Below, piece after piece: positions 26,648-35,474 of a stretch of DNA of 43,210 bases. Numbering within the stretch: the first letter of the stretch is position 1; every line of letters begins with the position of its first letter. A program made the position numbers and the translations under genes. The stretch comes from Pseudomonadota bacterium. Its GTDB lineage: Bacteria; Pseudomonadota; Alphaproteobacteria; JAAXGF01. Under the pieces are notes generated by a model, which was not told the DNA's origin, did not search any database, and was given only the letters and a program-made list of their open reading frames with translations. The stretch is taken from contig JADFMW010000001.1 of NCBI GenBank assembly GCA_022563655.1, positions 1 to 43,210 on the forward strand. The letters are read 5' to 3'.

Positions 26648-27800
26648 CTTCGCGTTTCGCCCAAGTGGTGATCATGGCGGCGCTGCGCCCGGCGCCGTCG
26701 ACGGCGACGGCGCGGTGCGGCGGCCGTGGCGCGGCCAGCGCGGCGTCCACAGTGGTTGCGAGCCGCGCCGGCGTGAGGTCGCGCTCGTCGAGGCAACGCA
26801 CCAGCCCGAGCGCCTCGAGCCGTGCCGCCCGCAGGCTTTGCTCGGTCTGCCCGCCCCGCGAGAAGGGAACGATCACGGCTTGGGCGCGAGCCTGTAAGAT
26901 GTTTACGGCGGTATTATAGCCGCCCTGGGAGATCGACACAGCGCAATTCGCCAAGAGATCGGCGAAGTCGGGCCGGGCGCGTTCGACGATGACGCCGTTG
27001 GGGGCTTCGGCGGTGAGGGCCGCGAAGGCCTCGGCCGATAGGTTTTCTCCGGCGAGCAGCCGCCAGTCGAGGTCGCACCCCGATCGCGACAACGGGCGCG
27101 CCTCGAGCGCGGTCCGCAGCACGATCTCGCCAACGGCGCCGCCCCCCGCCGATGCCACCACCTCGTTCCAGCCCGGGGCGCCGGGGCCGCCGCGACGCCC
27201 GGCGGGCTCCGCTACGTAGCCGGTGTAGGAAATCATGTCGGCGATCTCGGCGGCGGCGGGGAAGCTCTCCTCGAAGCGGATTACCTTCGGGTCGCCGTGG
27301 ACCAGCACGGCGTCGAGGTAGCGCCGCGCCCAGGCCGCCGCCTCGGCGGTGCGCTTGGGCGCGCGCGCGGTCAGCACGTCGCGCACCGAAGAGACCACCC
27401 AGGGCCGCGGCGCGGCGGCGCGTGCGGCGGCGAGCAGCGGCAGCAGCTCGAAGCGCAGCTGGCGGCGCCCGAACGGGAACATCTCGACGACCAGCACGTG
27501 CGGTTTGACCCGCGCGAACAGGTCGAGCAGCATGGTGCGGCGGCGATCCAGCCACGCCGCGTCCGGCGCCCGGCCGTCTGCGCAGACAAGGGCGCTGAAA
27601 CTCTCGTCGCGGCTGCGCAGCGGCGGCAGTTGCACCAGCGCCGCGCCGCCCACGTCGAGCCCCGCGACCGGCTCCCCCCCGCTCGCCACCGTCACTTCGA
27701 GGTCGCGGGCGGCGCACGCGCGGGCCAGCGCGACGGCGCGCCTCAAGTGACCGATGCCGAGCAGGTGCTGGACATAGAACAGGACGCGACGGCGCGTCAC
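26640..27800 (-). CDS. Glycosyltransferase, COG4671-like (GT-B fold), paralog 1
   Basis: N-terminal RRVLFYVQHLLGIGHLRR matches the paralog at 30792-32018 (RRILIYSHDTFGLGHLRR). The GTG start at 27800 overlaps the upstream stop (GTGA). The track ORF to 28007 is an extension. Confidence 0.7.
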   Translation of the reverse strand: MTRRRVLFYVQHLLGIGHLRRAVALARACAARDLEVTVASGGEPVAGLDVGGAALVQLPPLRSRDESFSALVCADGRAPDAAWLDRRRTMLLDLFARVKPHVLVVEMFPFGRRQLRFELLPLLAAARAAAPRPWVVSSVRDVLTARAPKRTAEAAAWARRYLDAVLVHGDPKVIRFEESFPAAAEIADMISYTGYVAEPAGRRGGPGAPGWNEVVASAGGGAVGEIVLRTALEARPLSRSGCDLDWRLLAGENLSAEAFAALTAEAPNGVIVERARPDFADLLANCAVSISQGGYNTAVNILQARAQAVIVPFSRGGQTEQSLRAARLEALGLVRCLDERDLTPARLATTVDAALAAPRPPHRAVAVDGAGRSAAMITTWAKREDE

Positions 27801-28387
27801 GATAGCTCGAGCGGCAGGTTCAGCCGTTCGACCGCGGGCGCGCCGTCGGCGGCGAGGGTGAACAGATGGGCGCAATCCCAGGCGAGGGGCGCTGGCAGCG
27901 TGCCGGTCATGTCCCAACCCGTGGCCTGCGCCACGATCGCGCGAATCACGCCCTTGTGGGTGACGGCGACCAGTGGGCGTTTGCGCGCCGCCACTTCTGC
28001 AAGCCACGGCGCGAGGCGCGCCTGCACGTCGCGCGGGCTTTCGCCGCCGTCGGGGCGAAAGTCGAGGCCGCGCGCTTCGTTCTCCGCGATCGCCGCGCCG
28101 AACTCATCGCGCAGCGCCGCCAGGCGGCGCCCTTCCCAGCGGCCCCAGTCCATCTCGGTGAGCCGCGCCTCGATCGCGATGTGCTTGACGCCCATGAGCC
28201 GCGCCGTATCGCGGGCGCGGACCAGCGGGCTCGAGGCCCAGTCGGCGCCGGCGAGCTGGGCGGGCGGCCGCCTGCGGGCGGCGGCGGCGCGGCCGCGCGG
28301 GCTCAGCGGCACGTCGGTCCGCCCCTGGATCCGGCCTTGCTCGGTCCAAGCGGTCGCCGCATGCCGGATGAGCGCGAGCCGCGTCAT
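27797..28387 (-). CDS. Histidine phosphatase (phosphoglycerate-mutase-like) family protein
   Basis: 196 aa beginning MTRLALIRHAATAW (RH catalytic motif) with a later VTHKGVIRA. Its ATG overlaps the upstream GT4 stop (ATGA). Confidence 0.8.
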   Translation of the reverse strand: MTRLALIRHAATAWTEQGRIQGRTDVPLSPRGRAAAARRRPPAQLAGADWASSPLVRARDTARLMGVKHIAIEARLTEMDWGRWEGRRLAALRDEFGAAIAENEARGLDFRPDGGESPRDVQARLAPWLAEVAARKRPLVAVTHKGVIRAIVAQATGWDMTGTLPAPLAWDCAHLFTLAADGAPAVERLNLPLELS

Positions 28388-29532
28388 GCGCCGGCGTGCG
28401 CGAGGGCGAGCGCCCGTTCGAGCGTCGCGCTCGCCGCCGCCAAGCCGTGGCGCTCCTCGACGGATGCGGCCGCCGCGGCGCCGAGCACGGCGCGTAATCG
28501 GCGATCGTCGAGCAGCTGGCGGACCGCCGCGGCGAACGCGCCATCGTCGCCGGCGGGAGTGAGCACGCCGGTCTTGCCCGAGCGTACCACCTCGGCGACG
28601 CCGCGGACGCGCCCGGCGACCACGGGCAGCCCGGCCGCCTGCGCCTCGAGTACGGCCATGCCGTAGGCCTCGTCGACCGCAGGCCAGACAAAGGCGTCGG
28701 CCGCCGCGTAGAACGCCGGCAACGCCTCGGGCGGGCGCGCTCCGGCGTAGACGACCCGCTCGCCACCGAGGGGGCCGAGCGCCGCCTCTACCTCGGCCCG
28801 CGCCGGGCCCGCGCCGACGACGAGCAATCGCCACTCGAGGTCGGTGACGCGCCCGAGGGCGGCGCCGAGCCGGCGATACGAGGCGAGCTTGTCGCCGCGC
28901 CGCATCATGGCGACGGCGAGCAACCACGGCGGCTCCGCGTCGAGACCGAGCTCGGCGGCGATTTTTCCGCGGTGCGCCGCGCGCGCCCTCTGTGCCGCCC
29001 GATACGGCGCAACGTCGAGGAACGGCGGCAGGGAAAGCAAGCGCTCGGGCGCGCGCACCAGAGGGCGCAGACATTCGGCGTCGTCTTCGGTCAGCGCCAG
29101 CACCGCGTCGGCCCGGGCCAGCGCCGCCGCCACGGCGGCGTGGCCGTCAGCCCACGGACCGTTGGCCTGCTTGGGCGCGAACGAGGGCTCGGCCACCAGG
29201 TACGGGATGCCGAGCGCGCGGCCGACCTCGGGGCCGAGCCAGTCGGGCGCCTTGTGGTAAAGGTGATAGGTAAACCACGCAGCCGGACGCTCGTGCTTGG
29301 GCGCCGCGCGGTACCGGCGCACCAGCGCCGCGGCCTCGGCCGCGCCCCGGGCGCGGATCGCCGCTTGCCGCGCGGCGTTGCCCTCGCCCTCGTAGCTGCG
29401 CAGGGTCGAGGCCAGGTCGACCGCGTGGCCCGCCGTTTCCAGCGCGGCCATGATCAGCCCGGCCATGCGGCGGTCGCCCGAGGGAACCGCGTGTGTCGGC
29501 GCCTTGAGCGGAGCGTAGAAGGCGATTCGCAT
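28384..29532 (-). CDS. Glycosyltransferase family 4 (GT-B)
   Basis: 382 aa beginning MRIAFYAPLKAPTHAVPSGD. The C-terminal E-x7-E-like region is PAVDEAYGMAVLEAQAAGLPVVA. Confidence 0.8.
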   Translation of the reverse strand: MRIAFYAPLKAPTHAVPSGDRRMAGLIMAALETAGHAVDLASTLRSYEGEGNAARQAAIRARGAAEAAALVRRYRAAPKHERPAAWFTYHLYHKAPDWLGPEVGRALGIPYLVAEPSFAPKQANGPWADGHAAVAAALARADAVLALTEDDAECLRPLVRAPERLLSLPPFLDVAPYRAAQRARAAHRGKIAAELGLDAEPPWLLAVAMMRRGDKLASYRRLGAALGRVTDLEWRLLVVGAGPARAEVEAALGPLGGERVVYAGARPPEALPAFYAAADAFVWPAVDEAYGMAVLEAQAAGLPVVAGRVRGVAEVVRSGKTGVLTPAGDDGAFAAAVRQLLDDRRLRAVLGAAAAASVEERHGLAAASATLERALALAHAGA

Positions 29533-29553
29533 CGGCGGCCGCCCGATGCCGCT

Positions 29554-30780
29554 TCAGCGCGCGAGGCCGAACTTCGCCGCGAGCTGGCTGCTCCCGCGGC
29601 TCATGGAGAAGGACTCGCGCACCCGCTCCTGGCCGGCTCTTCCGAGGCGCGCGCGCAGCGCCGGGTCGGCGATCAGCGCCGCCAGCGCCGCGCTCAGGGC
29701 GGCGCGGTCGCGCGGCGCCACCAGGCAGCCGGTGACGCCGTCGTCGATCAACTCGGGGATCGCCGACAGCCGGGTCGCCAGTACCGCAAGCCCTTGCGAC
29801 TGCGCTTCCATCAGCACGTTGGGCAGACCGTCGCGGTCGCCATCGTTGGCGACGCGGCTGGCGAGCACGAAGAGGTCGGAGGCGCGGTAATGCTCGAGCA
29901 CCACGTCCTCGGGTTGTGCGCGGAGCCATTGGACGCGGCCGTCGAGGCCGGCCGCGCGGGCTTGGCGCCGGAGCGCCGCGAGCAACGGCCCGTCGCCGAT
30001 ATGAACGAACCGCCAATTGACCTCGCGCGGCAGCGTGGCCAGCGCCGCCAGCAGGTCGTCGTAGCCTTTCTTGGCCACGGCGCGGCCCACCGACAGGATG
30101 GTGACGGGATCGTCGGCGGCAGCGCCGTCGCGCGGTGGGCGCACGCGCTCGGCGGCGGGGAAGCGGCCCGGGTCGAGGCCGTGGTAGGCCAGCTCGACGC
30201 GGCCCGGCGGGGCCAGCTGGGCGAGGTGGTCGCGGCCCGCCGCGGTGCAGGTGACCAACCATCGGCATTCGGCGAGCTTCTCGGCCTTCTCCCAAGTGGG
30301 CGAGGTCCAGATGTCCTTGGCGTGCGCCGAGCAGCTCCAGGGCAGTCCGGTGAGCAGGCTGGTATAGCGCGCGACCGACGCCGGAGTGTGCAGGAAGTGA
30401 GCGTGCAGGTGGTTCACCCCCGGCGGCAGCTCTCGCGCCAGCACCAGCGCCTGGCCGAAGCGGCGCACCCGGTTGGGGCTGAGGTCGCGGGCCAGGTCGC
30501 GCAGCCAAGCCCACCGCGCCGCCCGATAGCGAGGATTTCGCCTCGCCGCCCGCCAGCCGCGCCACACCCGTAGCGGCTCGCGCCACAGGTACTCCGGCAG
30601 GTATGTCACGGGGGCTTTGATGCGGGCATGGATGGGATGGACGTGGGGGTCCGTCGGGTGGCGCAGCGAAACGATGGCGATGTCGAGCCCACGCTCTTCG
30701 AGGGCGAGGATTTCCTGGGCGATGAAGGTCTCGGAGAGCCGGGGGTAGCCCTTGAGGATGAAGGCGACCGTGCCGAGCAC
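29554..30780 (-). CDS. Glycosyltransferase family 4 (WcaL-like)
   Basis: N-terminus VLGTVAFILKGYPRLSETFIAQEI is typical of this subgroup. C-terminal region GLPNVLMEAQSQGLAVLAT. The GTG start at 30780 lies 11 nt after the upstream stop. The track ORF to 32184 is an out-of-frame read-through. Confidence 0.75.
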   Translation of the reverse strand: MLGTVAFILKGYPRLSETFIAQEILALEERGLDIAIVSLRHPTDPHVHPIHARIKAPVTYLPEYLWREPLRVWRGWRAARRNPRYRAARWAWLRDLARDLSPNRVRRFGQALVLARELPPGVNHLHAHFLHTPASVARYTSLLTGLPWSCSAHAKDIWTSPTWEKAEKLAECRWLVTCTAAGRDHLAQLAPPGRVELAYHGLDPGRFPAAERVRPPRDGAAADDPVTILSVGRAVAKKGYDDLLAALATLPREVNWRFVHIGDGPLLAALRRQARAAGLDGRVQWLRAQPEDVVLEHYRASDLFVLASRVANDGDRDGLPNVLMEAQSQGLAVLATRLSAIPELIDDGVTGCLVAPRDRAALSAALAALIADPALRARLGRAGQERVRESFSMSRGSSQLAAKFGLAR

Positions 30781-30791
30781 AGCCTCGTCCC

Positions 30792-32018
30792 CTACCGCGA
30801 TCGGCCGATCCGCGCGACGCCGCCGGCGCGGTTGCCCTCGGCGAGCCGCATGGCGACCAGCCGATTGAGGTTGACGAAGCCATCCAGGAGACCGGGTATG
30901 ACGACCTCCGAGGGCAGCCGCTGCTGCGGCAGGCGCCTGAGCGCCGTCGCCATGGCGGCCGGGTCGCGCCGGCCGGTGTCGTCCAGCATTGCGACCAGCC
31001 CGAGGTCGCTGAAGCGCGAGGCGCGGATGTACTGCTCCATGCGCGGCACCCGGCGCGGCACGATGATCGCGCGCTTGTCGAACGACAGGATCTCGCAGAA
31101 CGTGTTGTAGCCGCCCATGGCGACGACGCCGGCGGCGCGCGCCATCAAGCTCTCCAGGTAGGCGTCGAAGACGACGGCCGTAACGCGCGGCAGCTTGTTC
31201 ACGCGCTCTTGGAACTGGGCCTGCAGCTCGGGCTGCATGAACGGTCCGAAGACCAGAAGCGCATTCCACGGCGGTGGCGAGCTGCATTCGTAAGCACTCA
31301 GCACCCAGTCGATCAACGCTTCGCCATCGCCGCCACCCCCGCCGGTAACCAGAACGTAAGGTTCCTTGATTCTCTCGATCACTCCGGAAAGCGGTGTGCT
31401 GGCAGGCACCGTCCGCGGCAGGTAGCCCGTGAACGCGACCTTCTTGCGCACGTCTGCCGGCAGGCCGATGTCGGCGATCGGGTCGTAAATTTGCGGCAAG
31501 CCGTAGATCCAGATGTCGTCGTAAAGATGGCGCAGCGCGGGCAGCACGTTCTTGCGCCGCCACTCGGGCCGCAGCAGGCTGGGTTCGTCGAGCACGTCGC
31601 GCAGGCCGAGCACGATGCGCGTGCCGCGCTGCTTGAGCATCTCCAGGGTCTCCTTGATCTCGCCGCGCAGGCCCAGCGGCTCCTTGTCGACGATGAAGAT
31701 GTCCGGGCCGAAGATGCCGGCGGTGTGCAGGATGATCGATGCCCGCATGGCGAGCGTCTGCTCGATGTCGATGTGCAGGTTGAGCGTGGTGTACTCGCCG
31801 TTGCGCAGCTTGATGACGCCGGGGATGCGGACGAAGTCGACCCGCGCGCGGAAGTCGAAGCTGCCGATGATCGGCGAGCCCGAAAGTATCAGCACCGAAA
31901 GCTGCTTGTGCTCCTCGACCAGGGCGTGGGCAATGGCGCGGCAGCGGCGCAGGTGGCCGAGACCGAAGGTGTCGTGGCTGTAGATCAGGATCCTTCGTCC
32001 CGCGGCAGGTTTGTTCAT
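30792..32018 (-). CDS. Glycosyltransferase, COG4671-like (GT-B fold), paralog 2; first gene of the operon
   Basis: Start at the ATG at 32018 (MNKPAAGRRILIYSHDTFGLGHLRR) with an upstream GAAGGGGG Shine-Dalgarno sequence. 408 aa. Confidence 0.75.
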   Translation of the reverse strand: MNKPAAGRRILIYSHDTFGLGHLRRCRAIAHALVEEHKQLSVLILSGSPIIGSFDFRARVDFVRIPGVIKLRNGEYTTLNLHIDIEQTLAMRASIILHTAGIFGPDIFIVDKEPLGLRGEIKETLEMLKQRGTRIVLGLRDVLDEPSLLRPEWRRKNVLPALRHLYDDIWIYGLPQIYDPIADIGLPADVRKKVAFTGYLPRTVPASTPLSGVIERIKEPYVLVTGGGGGDGEALIDWVLSAYECSSPPPWNALLVFGPFMQPELQAQFQERVNKLPRVTAVVFDAYLESLMARAAGVVAMGGYNTFCEILSFDKRAIIVPRRVPRMEQYIRASRFSDLGLVAMLDDTGRRDPAAMATALRRLPQQRLPSEVVIPGLLDGFVNLNRLVAMRLAEGNRAGGVARIGRSR

Positions 32019-32307
32019 CGCTTGGGCCCCCTTCGCTGTGCCACACCGGCCGACGCATCCGCCGGGCGCGGTGCTGCGAGCCGGCCAGTCTGACCGGTCG
32101 CGCGCATCTGCGCAATTCGTTTGAATGTTTGCCGACCTTGGCACGGCGCGCAAAGACGGAAGCATCGATTGCGCGAACACACAAGTTTGTGCGCTGGCGA
32201 CCGAGGCAAAAGCCATTTACGCTTGCGCGAAGCTAGGCTAACGTTGCGTGCGACGCGTGCAAGGGAAACAGCGGGCATCGTCACCGATTCGGGAACGGGC
32301 AAGAGTC

Positions 32308-34971
32308 ATGGAGCAAAGTATATATAAATTCGTTCTTCGATATAGTAAAACACAGCAGATTTTTGTGTTGCTGGTCACAGTATGTTCTCTGCCATTTTAT
32401 TACGTATCGTTGGACATACCAAAAAAAATAGTTAATGGCGCGTTGGAGGGAGGGCCCGAGGATTTTCCCAAGCCGCTAGAGTTCTTTGGCATCAAGGTCG
32501 TTGATCTCGATCAACTTGTGCTGTTGTTCGCTCTGTGCGGCGTGTTCCTCGTGCTCGTCTGCATCAACGGCGGCTTCAAGTTCTACATCAACGTCTACAA
32601 GGGCCTGTTGGGCGAGCGCATGCTGCGCCGCCTGCGCTACCAGCTCTACAGCCGCATCCTGCGCTTTCCCTTGCCGCACTTTCGCAAGGTCTCGCAAGGC
32701 GAGCTGATCCCGATGATCACCCAAGAGGTCGAGCCGCTCGGCGGCTTTATCGGCGACGCCTTCGCGCTGCCCATGCACCAGGGCGGGCTGTTGCTGACCG
32801 CCCTGGTGTTCATTATGGTGCAAGATTGGCGGATGGGCGTTGCCGCGATCGCGTTCTATCCCGTGCAGGGCTACATCATTCCCAAGCTGCAGCGGCGGGT
32901 GAACCTGCTCGGCAAGCAGCGGGTGAAGGAGGTGCGCAAGCTGTCGGAGCGCATCGGCGAGACGGTTTCCGGCGCCCAGGAGATCCACGCCTACGACACC
33001 TCGCAATACGAGCTCGCTGATTTCGGCCACCGCCTGGGGCGCATCTTCGACATCCGCTATCAGATCTACCGCAAGAAATTCTTCATCAAGTTCCTCAACA
33101 ACTTCATGAATCAGCTGACGCCGTTTTTCTTCTTTGCGATCGGCGGCTACCTGGTGATCAAGGGGGAACTTTCGCTCGGCTCGCTGGTGGCCGTGCTGGC
33201 GGCGTACAAGGATCTCGCGCCGCCATGGAAAGAGCTTCTGAACTACTACCAGATGAAGGAAGACTCGCGCATCAAGTACGACTCGGTCGTCTCACAGTTC
33301 GCGCCGCCCGGCATGCGCGATGAAGCGCAGCTCGACGCCGAGGTCGACGCGGCGGAGCCGCTGAGCGGAGAGTTGGTGGTGGGCAATCTCACGCTCAGCG
33401 AGGACGACGTCAGGGTGGTCGACGGGGTGTCGTTCTCCCTGGGCGTCAATGAGCGCCTCGCCATCGTCGGCGCCGGCGGCAGCGGCAAGGAGGAGTTGAC
33501 GCTTCTGCTGGCGCGCCTGCTCGACCCCACGGGCGGTCGCATCACCATTGGCGGCAAGGACATCAAGACGCTGCCCGAGGCGGTTACCGGCCGCCGCATC
33601 GCCTATGTCGGCGCCAACGCGCAGTTGTTTTCGGCGAGCATCGGCGACAACCTGTTCTACGGCCTCAAGCACCGTCCGTCGCAGGAGGCCGGGTACGATG
33701 CTAAAACGGCGGCGCTGCGTCGCGATGCATTGGCCGAGAGCGCGCGCGCCGGCAACACCACGCGCGACATTTTCGCCGACTGGATCGACTACGCCGCCGC
33801 CGGCGCCGACTCGCCCTCGGAGCTCACCGCGGCGGCGATCCGCGCGCTCACGGTCGCCGAGATGGTCGACGACGTTTATCAGTTCGGCCTGCGCGGCACG
33901 ATCGACCCGTCGGCGCACGCCGAACTCGCCACGCGTATTCTGCGTGCGCGGACAGCGCTGCGAGAGCGCCTTGCCGATCCCGATCTCGCCGGCCTTGTCG
34001 AGTTTTTTGACAACGAGAAATACAACACCAACGCCACGGTGGCCGAAAACCTGCTGTTCGGCACTCCCGTCGACGACACCTTCGACATGGAACGGTTGGC
34101 CGAGAACGCTTACGTGATGTCGGTGCTCGACCGGTGCGGCCTGACCGAAGACCTGCTCGCCATGGGCCACGAGATCGCCGGCACCATGGTCGAGATGTTC
34201 TCGGACCTGCCGGCCGAGCACGAGTTCTTCGAGCAGTTCAGCTTCATCCGCGCCGACGATCTGCCCGACTACAAGGAGCTGATCGGCCGGGTCGATAAGG
34301 ATAAGCTCGAAACGCTGAGCGAGGACGAACGGCACAAGCTTTTGTCGCTGCCGTTCAAGCTGGTCCCCGCGCGCCACGCGCTGGGGCTCGTCGACGACGT
34401 CATGCAGCCGCGCCTGCTCGAAGCGCGCAAGACCTTCGCCCGCGATCTGCCGGACAATTTATCGTCGGCAGTGGAGTTCTTCGCTCCCGACCGATACAAC
34501 GCCGCCTCGACGTTGCAGGACAACATATTGTTCGGCAAGCTTGCCTACGGTAAGGCGCAGGCGGCGACGCGCATCGGGGCGCTGATCTCGGAGGTGATCA
34601 GCGAGCTTGACCTGTATACGGCGGTGGTCGCAGCGGGGCTTGAATTCCAGGTTGGCATCAGCGGCTCGCGGCTGTCGGACGCCCAGCGGCAGAAGCTGGC
34701 GATCGCGCGCGCCGTACTGAAGCGCCCCGATATCTTGGTCGTCTCGGAAGCCACCGCGAGGCTCGACGGCGCCACCCAGACGAAGGTCACGAAAAATTTG
34801 CTTACCGAATTCGAAGGACGCGGGCTGATCTGGGCGTTGCACCGCCCAAGCCTTGCCAATCAGTTCGAGCGGGTTCTCGTGATGCGTGGCGGGAAGGTGG
34901 TCGAGCACGGTAAGTTCTCGGAGCTCGACCAGCCCGACACGCATTTCAAGATGCTGATCGCGGCGGAATAG
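32308..34971 (+). CDS. ABC exporter-type fusion (transmembrane domain plus atypical, expanded nucleotide-binding domain)
   Basis: 887 aa from the ATG at 32308 (MEQSIYKFVLRY). The N-terminal half is a multi-helix ABC_membrane-like region. In the NBD, Walker A is GAGGSGKE (33469-33492), the signature is LSDAQ, Walker B is ILVVSE, and the H-loop is ALHRPS. Confidence 0.8.
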   Translation: MEQSIYKFVLRYSKTQQIFVLLVTVCSLPFYYVSLDIPKKIVNGALEGGPEDFPKPLEFFGIKVVDLDQLVLLFALCGVFLVLVCINGGFKFYINVYKGLLGERMLRRLRYQLYSRILRFPLPHFRKVSQGELIPMITQEVEPLGGFIGDAFALPMHQGGLLLTALVFIMVQDWRMGVAAIAFYPVQGYIIPKLQRRVNLLGKQRVKEVRKLSERIGETVSGAQEIHAYDTSQYELADFGHRLGRIFDIRYQIYRKKFFIKFLNNFMNQLTPFFFFAIGGYLVIKGELSLGSLVAVLAAYKDLAPPWKELLNYYQMKEDSRIKYDSVVSQFAPPGMRDEAQLDAEVDAAEPLSGELVVGNLTLSEDDVRVVDGVSFSLGVNERLAIVGAGGSGKEELTLLLARLLDPTGGRITIGGKDIKTLPEAVTGRRIAYVGANAQLFSASIGDNLFYGLKHRPSQEAGYDAKTAALRRDALAESARAGNTTRDIFADWIDYAAAGADSPSELTAAAIRALTVAEMVDDVYQFGLRGTIDPSAHAELATRILRARTALRERLADPDLAGLVEFFDNEKYNTNATVAENLLFGTPVDDTFDMERLAENAYVMSVLDRCGLTEDLLAMGHEIAGTMVEMFSDLPAEHEFFEQFSFIRADDLPDYKELIGRVDKDKLETLSEDERHKLLSLPFKLVPARHALGLVDDVMQPRLLEARKTFARDLPDNLSSAVEFFAPDRYNAASTLQDNILFGKLAYGKAQAATRIGALISEVISELDLYTAVVAAGLEFQVGISGSRLSDAQRQKLAIARAVLKRPDILVVSEATARLDGATQTKVTKNLLTEFEGRGLIWALHRPSLANQFERVLVMRGGKVVEHGKFSELDQPDTHFKMLIAAE

Positions 34972-34995
34972 GCCGCCGGACGGGGAGAAAGACCC

Positions 34996-35454
34996 ATGAG
35001 CTTGCAGGAAGACGTTGAACGGCTGCGCAGCATCCCGTTGTTCGCCAAGATCGAGCCGAGCAAGCTGAAGCTGCTCGCCTTTACCGCTCAGAGGGTCACG
35101 TTCAACTCCGGCGAAAATCTGTTCCGCCAGGGCGACGTCGGCGACGCCGCCTACATCATTACCAGCGGCACCGCCGACGTGGTGGTTGCCACTCCGAACG
35201 GGCCCCTCACCGTCGCGCAGGTGGGCACCAACGACTTCGTCGGCGAGATCGCGATCCTCTGCGACGTACCGCGCACCGCCACCGTCACGGCGACCAGCAC
35301 GTTGATGACGATGCGCATATCGAAGGAGCTGTTCTTCGAGCTGGTTTCTCAGTTTCCCGAGATCTCGGTGGAGATCATGCGCGTGCTGGCGCATCGCCTC
35401 GACGTGACAACGCGCCAACTGCAAGACGCGCTGAGCAAGCTCAAGGCCGGGTAA
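34996..35454 (+). CDS. Stand-alone cyclic-nucleotide-binding (CAP-effector) domain protein
   Basis: 152 aa with CNB hallmarks LFRQGDVGDAAYIITSGTADV and FVGEIAILCDVPRTATVTA. There is no DNA-binding or other output domain. It starts 24 nt after the ABC gene. Confidence 0.85.
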   Translation: MSLQEDVERLRSIPLFAKIEPSKLKLLAFTAQRVTFNSGENLFRQGDVGDAAYIITSGTADVVVATPNGPLTVAQVGTNDFVGEIAILCDVPRTATVTATSTLMTMRISKELFFELVSQFPEISVEIMRVLAHRLDVTTRQLQDALSKLKAG

Positions 35455-35474
35455 AGCGGACGGGCGAGCGGCTC

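Noticed and set aside
26914-30883. Multiple long overlapping ORFs in both strands across the glycosyltransferase genes (for example 27297-28562 +, 28972-30573 +, 29147-30883 -)
   Set aside because: All are Arg/Pro/Ala/Gly low-complexity translations in alternative frames of genes that have recognisable GT and phosphatase motifs.
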